The position numbers and the translations under genes are program-made. From contig OZ245359.1 in the NCBI GenBank assembly GCA_965226385.1, forward strand, positions 2,057,116 to 2,121,115: a DNA stretch of 64,000 nt. The letters are read 5' to 3'. Position 1 is the first letter of the stretch. Every line of letters begins with the position of its first letter. A model generated the notes under the pieces. That model made no database searches and had not been told where the DNA came from. It saw only the letters and a program-made list of their open reading frames with translations. The stretch comes from Bryobacterales bacterium. GTDB lineage: Bacteria > Acidobacteriota > Terriglobia > Bryobacterales > UBA6623. This document shows, piece after piece, positions 49,599-60,055 of this stretch.

Positions 49599-50912
49599 AT
49601 CAGTGAACGTGAATCGATCTGCAATATCGCAAGTACCCGCGAAGCCTCGCCTCGTTCGCCTGGCATCCTTTGGCCTTTTCTGCTCCTGACGAGCTGTTTC
49701 GCATGGTGGGGCCTCGCCAACAACATGACGGACACGCTTCTGGCGGTGTTCAAGCGCATCCAAAGCATGTCGGACTTCTAGACATCGCTGATCCAGATCG
49801 CGTTCTACGGCTCCTACTTCTGTTTCGCCCTGCCCGCGGCGCTATTCATTAGGTGGCGCTCGTACAAGGAAGGCGTGCTGCTTAGCCTCGCCTTGTTCAT
49901 TGTCGGCGGCCTGCTGTTCTATCCCGCCAGCAAGACGATGGAGTACTGGCACTTCCTGGCAGCGCTCTACATTCTCGCCGGCGGACTTTCGATTCTCGAG
50001 ACATCGGCAAACCCCTACATCGTTCAACTAGGGCCCGAAGAAACCGGTACCCAGAGGCTCAATCTCTCCCAGTCGTTCAATCCGATCGGCTCGATCCTCG
50101 GCGTCGTCATCAGCAAGTTCTTCATCCTTTCCGAACTCAGACAGCTGTCCGCCGATGAGCGCGCTGCCATGGCGGCCGAAGACTTGCGATCGGTGCAGGC
50201 CGGCGAACTGGCTGCTGTGATGGGGCCGTACGTCACGGTTTCGGTCATCTTGATCGTGATCTGGATTCTCATTGCCCTCACGAAAATGCCAAGGGCATCG
50301 GAAGCTTTAGCAGGGAAGGCGAGGGAACGCGGTTCAGTTGCCAGCCGATTGCTCAGGAACAGGCAATACGTGTGGGGTGTGGTGGCACAGTTCTTCTATG
50401 TCGGTGCCCAGATTGGCGTCTGGTCGTTCACGATCCGCTACGTGATGCTGGAACTGGACCTAAACGAGGAGCAGTCGTCGACCTATTACATTGCGGCGTT
50501 AGTGCTGTTCGCTGGGTCGCGGTTCGCTTGTACCGGGCTCATGCAGTTTGTTTCGCCTCGAAAGATTCTTGCCAGCCTGGCCCTGGCAGCAATCGTTTAC
50601 TGCCTGCTGGTCGCCTTGGTCGGGGGACTCGTTGGCGTCATTGCGCTGGTTGCTACCTCGGCCTGCATGTCGCTCATGTTTCCGACGATCTATGGCTTGG
50701 CAGTGCGTGGCCTTGGCAATGACACCAAGATCGGCGGCTCGGGGCTGATCATGGCGATTCTGGGCGGGGCCGTCCTCACCGCGGCCCAGGGCCAGGTTTC
50801 CGATCTCTCCGGCAGCATCGGATACTCGTACTTCGTTCCGCTGATCTGTTTCGTCGTGATCTTCTTCTACTCGGCCTCCGTGGTGCGCAAGCCAGTCCCG
50901 GTCCGCGCATAG
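49599..50912 (+). pseudogene. fucP: L-fucose:H+ symporter (FucP, MFS) with an in-frame TAG and no start codon
   Basis: WWGLANNMTDTLLAVFKRIQSMSDF*TSLIQIAFYGSYF aligns with E. coli FucP (LWAVANNLNDILLPQFQQAFTLTNFQAGLIQSAFYFGYF). TAG at 49779-49781 sits at the conserved Gln. The frame has no Met upstream (stop at 49596). Confidence 0.8.
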
Positions 50913-50947
50913 ACCGATTCGACCAAAGGCAGGAGAGCGAAGACATC

Positions 50948-51544
50948 ATGCGCATGCTGCTAGCTCTGGCCCTTGCGATGCCGCTCGTGGCCGCGCGGCC
51001 CAACATCGTACTCGTCCTAGCCGACGACCAGGGGTGGGGCGAAACCGGCTACAACCGGCATCCGTACTTGCAAACCCCGGTGCTCGACGAGATGTCAGCG
51101 TCCGGCTTACGCTTCGACCGCTTCTACGCTGCTGCCCCCAATTGCTCGCCAACCCGGACTTCAATCCTCACGGGCCGTCATCCCAATCGGTCGGGTGTAT
51201 TCTCCCCGAACCACACGACCCGCCCCGAGGAAATTACCGTCGCCCAGATCCTCAGGGACGCTGGTTACCGGACCGGTCACTTCGGTAAGTGGCATGTTGG
51301 TGCTGTCAAGGCCGCCTCTCCGACAAACCCGGCCCGGATGGGCTACGAGGAGTACCTCGCGCACGACAACTTCTTTGAACTCGACCCCCCGCTGAGCCGA
51401 AACGGCGCTGACCCGGAGATTGTCCGAGGCGAGAGTTCGGAAATCTGTGTCGATGCCGCGATCTCGTTTCTTGAAAGAGTCCGCGGCGAGGGCGATGCCC
51501 CATTTGGAGTGGCGATGATTTGGTGGACGGTGGGGATTGCGTGA
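50948..51544 (+). pseudogene. Arylsulfatase, N-terminal ~185 aa only
   Basis: Signal peptide, NIVLVLADDQGWG, CSPTRTSILTGR (CxPxR) and GHFGKWH. Similarity is lost before the expected second half, and the ORF ends at 51544. Confidence 0.7.
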
Positions 51545-51833
51545 TAGGCAGGGTGGTGTTCGACTGAGAGGGCGGGGGCAAGGAGGCATGGACGGAACCG
51601 CTCCGGAAGTCGCCAAGCTGGGCGATTTCGAGCAGGATCTGCGAACGGCGTGGTTCCAAGTCGGGCAGCGAGTCGGGGATAGGCCGTCCTTTATCTGAGT
51701 GTACTATCGACACTCAGAGTTCGAGGGCCCGATCAGAGGCATGGTGCCTTATTCACAAAAATGTCGCGCACCCGAACATTCCCGCCCGGTTCCGTTCTTG
51801 AGCACTTTGGTATATAAGGCCCTTTCGATTGCC

Positions 51834-52145
51834 ATGCACTCCTTTGCAATTGCTTTTGACAAGAGTATGAACAAGGCAGCAAGCTCTACTACGGACTACT
51901 TCACTGGATTTGCTTTGACAGGAGCCCTGCACAAACAGAACCTGCTGGAACTGCTGGCTCAGCTACCCCAGGGTGGCGGGGAATTTGTCTGTCATCCAGG
52001 AATCTGTGGAGATGAGTTGTCCCAGGCAAAGACAACCCTCAAGCAAAGTCGAAAAATGGAACTCGATGCGCTCTGTTCACCTGAACTAAAGGAACTGATC
52101 ACAGCACAAGGAATCGAAATAGCAAGTTTCAGGGATCTTGAGTAA
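51834..52145 (+). pseudogene. YdjC/ChbG-family deacetylase, C-terminal fragment (other half of 43921-44084)
   Basis: TDYFTGFALTG...LLELLAQLPQGGGEFVCHPGICGDELSQAKTTLKQSRKMELDALCSPELKELITAQGIEIASFRDL matches the YdjC C-terminus. The middle ~100 aa of the family are missing. Confidence 0.65.
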
Positions 52146-52397
52146 CCTGCTTGTCTGATGTGATTTCCCTCTCCACCGCGTAGTCGTCTGCATCGTCGAA
52201 GTCCGGGGCATTTCCCGGGACCTCATCACCCAGTCCGAGATTCCCAAGGACTTTGTTGGCTGCATCTCAGATTAGACAACGGTCATGCGCTATCCAATGT
52301 ATTTATCCGGATCAGCTCCTTGGAAATACTCTGGCAACAGGATCAGGCAAACATCCGAATGCTCCTGCAACACTTTAGCTGCATTACAGGAACAGAT

Positions 52398-53699
52398 TTA
52401 CCAACGTGGCAGTTTGCGCTCCCAATCGGGATCTATATGCTTGCGCATCTCCATTACATCGTCACGCTTGCGGTACGGGATATTTTCGTAGCGCTCCTTC
52501 AGACGGGCCAGTTGATCATGATCCAGGTCAACACCCAGACCACCCTTTTCAGGAATACGAATACTTCCTGCCTCAAACCCGATCCGGCCACCTACAACAA
52601 TCTCGTCTGTCCACTGCCAGGGATAGTGGGTATCACAGGCATAGGTAAGGTTCCTGGTTGCTGCCGCAACATGAGCCATTGCCATTAGCGAGATACCCAG
52701 ATGGGAGTTCGAGTGCATCGACAGGGCCAGGCCAAACGTCTGGCAAAGTTTCCCAAGGTGCTGGACCTGCCTCATACCACCCCAAAAATGGTGGTCGCAC
52801 AGAACCACTTGGACAGCATCCTCTTTTATGGCTTCCGGAATATGCCTGAAGCTGGTCACCGCCACATTGCTCGCAAGTGGAGTCTCTATCCCTTGCCTCA
52901 GTAACTCCTTGCGGACAGAGGACATCCCGTCCAGCCCTGCAATGGGGTCTTCAAGGTACCCACCGCCGCTGAGTTCGGCGTGAAGATCCCTGCCAACCTG
53001 CACCGATGCCTCCAGGCCCCAGGCGGAATTTGGATCGATTCGCAGGGGCACTTCATCCCCGAGTTCCTGCCGCAATTGCCGGATGGCCTCTATTTCTTCA
53101 TTCGGTTCCAGCACACCGCCCTTGAGCTTTACGTCCTTGAATCCGAACTCCGCCATCATGCTTTTTACCTGCTGCACGATGGACCCAGGTGTCAGGCATT
53201 CCCCATACTTGTCTTGGCGGGCATCATCTCCTTCACCCCCGCCACCGGCATGCTTGTAAAAGGCATACGCAGAAAAAGGAACAGTATTCCGAACCCGACC
53301 ACCCAGCAGGTCACAAACCGGTACTCCCAGACTGCGACCAACCAGGTCCAGGCAGGCTGTTTCAATAGCAGAAAACGTGCGAGGCTGAGCATCAAGCGGG
53401 TTTTCTCCCGGGGTGTGCATCATATGAGAACGGCCCAGGCCTTCCCCTTCTCCTTCGGCCATGTCCTGCAAACTACCAGTGATGCGGAACACATCCGCCC
53501 CGATGAGCAACTCTCTGACTTGCCTCAAGTCGTGTGCAGGACCTTCACCACCATAGGTCTCGGCTATCCCGACAATACCGTCCTCACTTTCCAGCTCCAC
53601 AATATTGCGTAATGCATAAGGAGCGTGCAAACCGTAGGAACTCCGCAACGGTGGATCCGCGATGGCAATTGAATGAACTCGCAAATCCTTGATTTTCAT
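52398..53699 (-). CDS. Enolase-superfamily dehydratase (glucarate dehydratase-like)
   Basis: 433 aa. The N-terminal capping domain reads IAIADPPLRSSYGLHAPYALRNIVELESEDGIVGIAETYGG. It has a mandelate racemase/muconate-lactonizing type barrel with KLKGG and a DPN metal ligand region. Confidence 0.7.
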   Translation of the reverse strand: MKIKDLRVHSIAIADPPLRSSYGLHAPYALRNIVELESEDGIVGIAETYGGEGPAHDLRQVRELLIGADVFRITGSLQDMAEGEGEGLGRSHMMHTPGENPLDAQPRTFSAIETACLDLVGRSLGVPVCDLLGGRVRNTVPFSAYAFYKHAGGGGEGDDARQDKYGECLTPGSIVQQVKSMMAEFGFKDVKLKGGVLEPNEEIEAIRQLRQELGDEVPLRIDPNSAWGLEASVQVGRDLHAELSGGGYLEDPIAGLDGMSSVRKELLRQGIETPLASNVAVTSFRHIPEAIKEDAVQVVLCDHHFWGGMRQVQHLGKLCQTFGLALSMHSNSHLGISLMAMAHVAAATRNLTYACDTHYPWQWTDEIVVGGRIGFEAGSIRIPEKGGLGVDLDHDQLARLKERYENIPYRKRDDVMEMRKHIDPDWERKLPRW

Positions 53700-53866
53700 G
53701 ACAAACTGACCATTGTAATGAGTCTGGGTTCATACCAGCCATGCAGTGATGATTGCAAAAGAAATCTGACAAGATTTCTTCAAGTCCAAAGTCACCAACT
53801 GGAATCCCTGAAGCCACTAACATTGCAGCCTGTTCAGTGAGAACAGTAAACTAAAAAATACGTTGT

Positions 53867-54409
53867 GTGGTCGGGAATACTTTCATATCTGTCGGGAACC
53901 TTGAGCACAGGCCTCTTCACTTCGATACCTCGCTCAGTTCCGGTACGCTTGATCTGTTAAGCCACTGGAAACTGCCAAAGGATGTCGAAGCAACCGGTAA
54001 AGCAGAACTGCTTGATGGGGAAGGTATCCGAATCATCCGTTTTCGCGGGCGAATCATAGCTGCTGTGGAATTTGACTGTGCAAGGTGCCTTGAGCTGCAG
54101 AAACTGGATTTTAATTCTGACTTTGATCTCTATTTCTATCCGATGACCTTGATTGCTCAAAGTGGAGAATCAGCCCTTGCCCGGGATGAAACCGAAGTTG
54201 GATTCTATGAAGGAGAAGGCCTTGATTTGACGGATGTCATTCGCGAACAGCTACTCTTGTGGCTACCTATGCGGAGCCTGTGCCGACCTGACTGCGGGGG
54301 CATCTGCCCTGGTTGCGGCATAAATCGGAATCAGGCAGTCTGCGATTGCCATCAGGGTCTGACTGATCCGCGATGGGACATACTGAAACATCTGAACTAC
54401 AAGAACTGA
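53867..54409 (+). CDS. yceD: DUF177 / YceD family protein
   Basis: C-terminal CRPDCGGICPGCGINRNQAVCDC cysteine cluster. It lies immediately upstream of rpmF-plsX, the conserved yceD-rpmF-plsX arrangement. The start is GTG. Confidence 0.8.
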   Translation: MVGNTFISVGNLEHRPLHFDTSLSSGTLDLLSHWKLPKDVEATGKAELLDGEGIRIIRFRGRIIAAVEFDCARCLELQKLDFNSDFDLYFYPMTLIAQSGESALARDETEVGFYEGEGLDLTDVIREQLLLWLPMRSLCRPDCGGICPGCGINRNQAVCDCHQGLTDPRWDILKHLNYKN

Positions 54410-54436
54410 ATTTCAATAAGATAGAAAGAATCCTAA

Positions 54437-54619
54437 ATGCCAAATCCAAAACGTAGACACTCGAAAACACGGACTGCCAAGCGCCGTGCCAATGACCACC
54501 TGAAAACAAAGTCTGGATCAATCTGTTCGCACTGCGGTGCCCCCAGTCTGCCACACCGTGTGTGCGCCGAATGCGGTTACTACAAGGACAGGGAAATCAT
54601 CGAAGTTGAAACCGAGTAG
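54437..54619 (+). CDS. rpmF: 50S ribosomal protein L32
   Basis: MPNPKRRHSKTRTAKRRANDHLK... with a CxxC...CxxC zinc ribbon; 60 aa. Confidence 0.92.
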   Translation: MPNPKRRHSKTRTAKRRANDHLKTKSGSICSHCGAPSLPHRVCAECGYYKDREIIEVETE

Positions 54620-54648
54620 CACTTGTACAACCAGATATCGGACATTAA

Positions 54649-55746
54649 GTGACACAACGAATAACAGTAACCGTTGATGCAATGGGCGGCGATGACGCTC
54701 CCGTGGCTGAAGTTCAGGGTGCCGTACAGGCTGCTCATGAATATGGGGCGCAAGTCATTCTGGTTGGCCGGGAAGAAATCCTGCGAAGGGAACTAGACAA
54801 GTACCGACCTCTCGACGACAGCATCCAGATCCTGCACGCCGCAGAAGTTGTCACGATGAGTGACAACCCAGCCAGGGCACTACGTTCCAAGAAAGACAGT
54901 TCCATCCGGGCAGCCACCGAACAGGTGAAGCTGGGCAATGCTTCCGGGCTGGTTTCTGCAGGGAACACAGGTGCTGTCATGGCTACAGCACTTAAAGTGC
55001 TGGGACGTATTCCAGGTGTTTATCGTCCGGCCGTGGCCCAGATCTTTCCAACAACAAAGGAAGGGCGCACCCTGCTGCTTGATGTCGGAGCAAATGTCAA
55101 CTGTACTCCAGACATGCTTGTACAGTTTGCAGTGATGGGATCTGTCTACTCAAGGATTCTGTTGAACTGCGAGCAACCCCGTGTCGGACTTCTGTCCATC
55201 GGGGAAGAAGAACACAAGGGAAACGAGCTCACCCGAGACACTACGCCACTACTCAAGCAGCAAGCTCTTAACTTTATTGGCAACGTCGAGGGTCAGGACC
55301 TTTTTAGTGGCAAGGTGGACGTCATAGTCTGCGACGGATTCATCGGCAACGTGGCACTCAAGGTCAGTGAAGGACTGGTCACCACGATCAAGTCCATGTT
55401 GATTGAATCGTTCGAGGCAACTCTCGTCCGTCAAATCGGCTACAACCTCGTCCGGGGGGTATTTGATGATTTCCGGAAACGTGTCGATTATGCAGAGTAC
55501 GGTGGAGCACCGATGCTCGGAGTACAAGGTGGAGTCATTATCTGTCATGGACGTTCAAACAGTAGTGCCATCAAAAACGCCATACGGTTCGCCATGAAAT
55601 TTGAAGCCAGTGGTATCAACCAGCACATCAAGGAGAACCTGCATGGCAGTCTTGGGGATCACATGCACCAGCCTGAAGCGAGCAGCCAGCAGCTACAGCA
55701 GGAAGAAACCCCTCCGACCCTCCCTCACACACTCAGTCAGTCATGA
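54649..55746 (+). CDS. plsX: Phosphate acyltransferase PlsX
   Basis: [15 protein letters not shown]-terminus, SAGNTGA motif and GFIGNVALK; 365 aa with a GTG start. Confidence 0.9.
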   Translation: MTQRITVTVDAMGGDDAPVAEVQGAVQAAHEYGAQVILVGREEILRRELDKYRPLDDSIQILHAAEVVTMSDNPARALRSKKDSSIRAATEQVKLGNASGLVSAGNTGAVMATALKVLGRIPGVYRPAVAQIFPTTKEGRTLLLDVGANVNCTPDMLVQFAVMGSVYSRILLNCEQPRVGLLSIGEEEHKGNELTRDTTPLLKQQALNFIGNVEGQDLFSGKVDVIVCDGFIGNVALKVSEGLVTTIKSMLIESFEATLVRQIGYNLVRGVFDDFRKRVDYAEYGGAPMLGVQGGVIICHGRSNSSAIKNAIRFAMKFEASGINQHIKENLHGSLGDHMHQPEASSQQLQQEETPPTLPHTLSQS

Positions 55747-55777
55747 GTTGATCTCTACTCCTGCTGAATCAACAACC

Positions 55778-56275
55778 CTATTTCGGGGATAGTTCTGGTT
55801 CACCGGCAGGACGCATTGCGCAAACTGACGGTAGCATCCCTGCGATTCTTTCACCGAGAGGAACCATGTCATCTTCCGGCACATATTCCTGGATGGACTC
55901 GAACAGGATGCGTTCCTCCTTGCGGATGTGTAGATCGAGCAGTTCCCTGAGGGCAAGCAGAGTATCCGCAAGATCCAGGTCGGCAGTTGATTCCAACTGC
56001 TTGAAGGCTGCCCGCAGTTGCACGTGTTCAGCCAGCAATTGATCAATCAACTGAGGATCCGGGAGTGCATCCGTCACTGAGGGGAAAAGGATTTTTTCTT
56101 CCACCTCGAAATGACCCAGCACACTGAGCTCGAAGATATCCAGGGCCTGGCGGCGCAACAACCGCGCCGCCCGAATATCTTCCGATCGACTCAGTTTTCG
56201 ATCGATCTGAACACATAACGCCAGTGCATCGTGATGCTGGTGAGACAGCGGGATGAGGGCTTTATGTCGCTTCAT
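55778..56275 (-). CDS. Hemerythrin-like (HHE cation-binding) domain protein
   Basis: 165 aa with H...HH and EE..LFP motifs (LSHQHHDAL, HFEVEEKILFPSV, HIRKEERILFE). Confidence 0.6.
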   Translation of the reverse strand: MKRHKALIPLSHQHHDALALCVQIDRKLSRSEDIRAARLLRRQALDIFELSVLGHFEVEEKILFPSVTDALPDPQLIDQLLAEHVQLRAAFKQLESTADLDLADTLLALRELLDLHIRKEERILFESIQEYVPEDDMVPLGERIAGMLPSVCAMRPAGEPELSPK

Positions 56276-56348
56276 ACCACTCTCAGTTTACGGCTCTTGT
56301 CTTCTTCCAAGCCTCATCCGGTGTATTTATAAAAAAGTCCAGGTCCGG

Positions 56349-57599
56349 TCAGGATTCCAACTTCCGAGGTTTGTAACCACCCTGAGACCTGAAATAGAGA
56401 TACAAGGCTGCAAAACAGACCACCAGAATCATTGGCAGCACCGAGATATTCTTGAATGCTGTGGCTGCACCATGAGTGTCATACCAGCCACCCATAACAG
56501 GCAGCAGGAAGGCAATCGCCAGATTCCCGGTACCACCCATCAAGGCCAGGGCTGCAGCCCCACCTTTAGGACACAGTTCCGCAGTTACTCCCAGCATGGT
56601 GGGCCAGAAGTAAGTCTTGCCAATACCAAACAGGGTTGCAGCCGCAAATGCGCCAGCGACGGTACTGACCAAACCAAGCATATACAGACCCACAGCACAA
56701 AAGACTGCTGAGATAGCCATCAACCCGAATGGAGAGAACAGATGCGCCAGGGGCCCGCCAAAGAATCGCAGCACAAACATGATGCCGGCGGTGTAAACCA
56801 GAATCAAAATGCCCTGCATACCTGTCAGGTTGGTAATCAGTGATGGCACCCAGGTGTCTGGGCCCAACTCTGTAGCCGCAGTCATCCACATGCAGACCCA
56901 CAGGATGATGAACATGGGACGGAACAATTCAAGAAACATGTCACGGTTGCTGACCCCCGCCACGACACGCTCGGTCCTGGGAAACTCCTGACCACGGATC
57001 ATCACAATGAACGCGATTGCGATAGCTGGAATAGTCAGCAGCTTGATGCGCCATCCAAGAGTCGCTGTCGAGGCATCGACATCGCCACCAAGACCCATCA
57101 TCATTGTGATAAGAAACGCCAGCAGTCCACCAATGATGAGGCCGCCTGGCCACCAGGCATGAAGAATGTTCATGCGGTTTGTCTTGTCATCGGGGAACAG
57201 GGCCGAGCAGAGTGGATTGATCACACCTTCTACAAGACCCTGAGCCAGGCCCAGGGTGAGCATCGCGAAATAGAGGACCAGACAACTTGTATTCGAGAAC
57301 ACGGAAACCACTGGACCATCTGGAAACGGGATACAGACAATCGCAACAATCGCTCCGATATAGAAAATTCCGGACAGCATCAGCAGTCGTCTCATGCCGA
57401 ACAGATCCACTAGTGCACCACCGATCAGGATGGAAACTGTAAAGCCCCAGAACGCAGGGCTTAGGATTTGACCGATCTGTTCATTCGTAAGATTGAAATC
57501 ATTACCCAGTGCATCCAGTACGTCACTTCGGATGGAAAAAACCATCGAAGTTGTAACTAAAGCAACGCAACTGGCAGTAAACAATCGATTCCTATTCAT
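56349..57599 (-). CDS. MFS transporter
   Basis: 416-aa polytopic protein with ~12 predicted TM helices and the GGALVDLFGMRRLL loop 2-3 motif. Confidence 0.75.
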   Translation of the reverse strand: MNRNRLFTASCVALVTTSMVFSIRSDVLDALGNDFNLTNEQIGQILSPAFWGFTVSILIGGALVDLFGMRRLLMLSGIFYIGAIVAIVCIPFPDGPVVSVFSNTSCLVLYFAMLTLGLAQGLVEGVINPLCSALFPDDKTNRMNILHAWWPGGLIIGGLLAFLITMMMGLGGDVDASTATLGWRIKLLTIPAIAIAFIVMIRGQEFPRTERVVAGVSNRDMFLELFRPMFIILWVCMWMTAATELGPDTWVPSLITNLTGMQGILILVYTAGIMFVLRFFGGPLAHLFSPFGLMAISAVFCAVGLYMLGLVSTVAGAFAAATLFGIGKTYFWPTMLGVTAELCPKGGAAALALMGGTGNLAIAFLLPVMGGWYDTHGAATAFKNISVLPMILVVCFAALYLYFRSQGGYKPRKLES

Positions 57600-57718
57600 T
57601 CAAGCCCTCCAAATATCGGCTGATGGAAAAATAGCGTAACACATTGAGTCTGGGGAACCTGTGCACAGTGGAAGAGTGTGAAGGCAACAATTTCCTTACA
57701 ATGGAGACAACCCCTCAA

Positions 57719-57805
57719 GCCCGGGTGGCGGAATCGGTAGACGCAACGGACTTAAAATCCGTTGTCCGCAAGGACGTGTGGGTTCGAGTCCCACCCCGGG
57801 TACCA
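57719..57805 (+). tRNA. tRNA-Leu (anticodon UAA), class II with long variable arm, CCA encoded
   Basis: The acceptor GCCCGGG pairs with CCCGGGT. The anticodon arm is ACGGA-CTTAAAA-TCCGT, the variable arm is TGTCCGCAAGGACGT and the T arm is GTGGG-TTCGAGT-CCCAC, followed by ACCA. Confidence 0.9.
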
Positions 57806-57874
57806 TTATTTTCAATAACTTACGGGATTCCATTTATTCTCCTCCCTTGAGTCTTGGGGCGGTTTTGGGACAGT

Positions 57875-58255
57875 TCAATTCAACACATCCGGGCCGGTCT
57901 CGCTCCGAATGCCCTCCTCAAGTCCCCCCAAGTAACGGTCCAACGCCTCCGCCGCATGGCGCAGGTCTGTTACGTCCACTACATCGTAGCGCTGGAGCAT
58001 GCTACGGGTTCGCCAGCCGCCGATCGCCATGACTGCGTGCTCGGGAATACCCGAGCGTAGGAGATTGCGTGCGCCGGTGCGGCGCAAGTTGTGAACCAGA
58101 CGGCCAGGAACGCCCACCGCTTTACAGGCGTTCTCCCAGGCTACTCTGAAATCCTTGACCGGCTTGCCCTTTCGCGAGAACACCCAGAGTGAGTCCGGCC
58201 ACATCTTGTCACGTTCCAGCTGGAGCGAATCAAGAAGGCCGTGAAGCTCTCCGTT
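57875..58255 (-). pseudogene. Tyrosine integrase, C-terminal catalytic fragment only
   Basis: LVHNLRRTGARNLLRSGIPEHAVMAIGGWRTRSMLQRYDVV carries the HxxR, W/H and catalytic-Tyr boxes. The frame is closed upstream at 58256-58258, so only ~125 aa remain. It lies next to tRNA-Leu. Confidence 0.75.
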
Positions 58256-59086
58256 TTAAGAACCTAGCGCGGGTAGCCGACACCCGTTTCGGTCACCCGT
58301 ATAGCCCATGTTTGACACGCAGGGCCGTAAGTGCTTATCAATAAACAACCCAAAATTTGTTTTTTACCTAGGTTTGGGTTTAGCCCTCTTTTTTCTATAT
58401 TTGTGAACAATTTTGGCACCATCGGGAAGAGGTTAAGGGACTTTCAGTTTTACCCCCAATGCCTGCAGCACCTGACGGACTTCTTTGCCTGTACCGCCCT
58501 CGTCGCTATTCACACAGATGCCAGCTCTGGGTGCTTGGCCCGGTATCTAGGAGACGGTCGACTCTGATCAGGAACACTCCACCGCCGTCGGAACTGATCT
58601 GTCCGCCGTCAAAACGCGCCGTAAATGCTTGCTGAACTCAAACTCAATCTGGTTACACTGTGTCTGCACGGGCTGTTTCCTTCTGTCGACTCTAACACTT
58701 TGTTGCTAAAACGTTTATGCCGCAAGAAGCCCGTCCCCTACCCCCTGTATCTTGTTTGAAGGCTTCTTCGTAAGGGTAGCTGGTTTGATGGACCTGATCT
58801 GAAACAGAGGCCGGGGAGTGGTTGCAACATCCTCCGCGGCCAGTTTCCATTCTCTTGAGTATCCGGTCGTTCGGGCTGGCAGGCCTGTATTGAGGGGCCT
58901 GACTAAAACGAGTCAACTCGCTGGAAACAACCCATTGCCCCCTGTGCTTTTTTGAGCACCTGGGGGGACCCGTGTTCCGGATGAGTGCTGTGATGGATGC
59001 CCCGTGAGGAGTCTGTGCCTTGGAGCACCAATACAGGGATTGGCAAGCATTGCGGCGACTCAAACATTTGCAAGGAGTAACAACAC

Positions 59087-60055
59087 ATGCATCAGAAACA
59101 ATTCTACGTGGGCGTCGACTGGGCGTCCCAATCGCACCATGTCTGTGTGCTGAAGGCCGCCGGGGACCGGCTCGGAGAACAGGTCTTCAAGCACACTGGC
59201 GAGGGTCTTGCCCGCATGGCGGGCTGGATCCTCAAACTTGCACAGTCTGAGCCGGAGCTGGTTCAGGTGGCGATTGAGGTTCCGCACGGCCCGGTTGTCG
59301 AAAGTCTGCTCAACCGTGGCTTCCAGGTCCATTCCATCAACCCCAGACAACTCGACCGCTTCCGTGACCGTTTCTCGCCAGCAGGAGCCAAGGATGACAG
59401 CTGCGATGCCCATGTGCTTGCCGATGCACTGCGCACCGACCCCCGCTGTCTGCGCCGTCTGGAACCGCTTGATCCGCTCCTCGTTGAGCTGCGCGAGTGG
59501 TCCCGCATTGCCGAAGAGCTGACCCGCCTGCGGACGCGCCTCAGTCACCGCCTGCGTGACCAGTTGTGGCGCTATTACCCACAGTTTCTTGACCTTGGCA
59601 GCGACCTCGCCAATAACTGGATGCTGGCCCTGTGGGCTGTCGTCCCCACACCGGACCGCGCCCGCATAGTGAGCAAGGCTACCATCGCCAAGCTGTTGAA
59701 AACACATCGCATCCGACGCCTTGATGCGGCTGGGGTCCTGGCCAGACTGCGCACCGATCCACTCCCTGTGGCCGCGGGTACAACCGCAGCGGCCACCGCT
59801 CACATCCAGGTTCTCAGCACCAGTCTCAACATGCTCAATGAGCAGCTGAGCAAGGCCCTTGAGTGCCTGGAGCACTGCATGGAGCAACTCGCTGCAAGCA
59901 ACGCCAGGACGGCAACAGAGCCTGCCAGGCAGAGTGATGGAGCGATCCTGATGTCCCTGCCGGGAGTGGGTCAAACCGTACTCGCTACACTGCTCGCGGA
60001 GGCTTCCGATCCCCTGCGAAGAAGAGACTATCACGCCTTGCGCTGCTTGTGTGGT
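59087..60055 (+). pseudogene. IS110-family (DEDD) recombinase, 3'-truncated
   Basis: YVGVDWASQSHHVCV, IEVPHG and AKDDSCDAHVLADALR (RuvC-like DEDD) are followed by LMSLPGVGQTVLATLLAE...YHALRCLCG. Family similarity and GC content both drop at ~60055, before the expected SG-containing Tnp-domain core. ORF 59087..60280 then continues into unrelated sequence. Confidence 0.7.

Noticed and set aside
45140-49781. In-frame TAG/TGA codons read as programmed recoding (pyrrolysine, selenocysteine or stop-codon reassignment)
   Set aside because: TAG and TGA both terminate many well-supported genes in this window. The fucP stop falls at a position where the family has ordinary Gln, and the tnpB and IS1634-like stops outside this span fall at ordinary Trp positions. 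Neighbouring genes in the same block carry frameshifts and truncations. Simple pseudogenisation is more economical.
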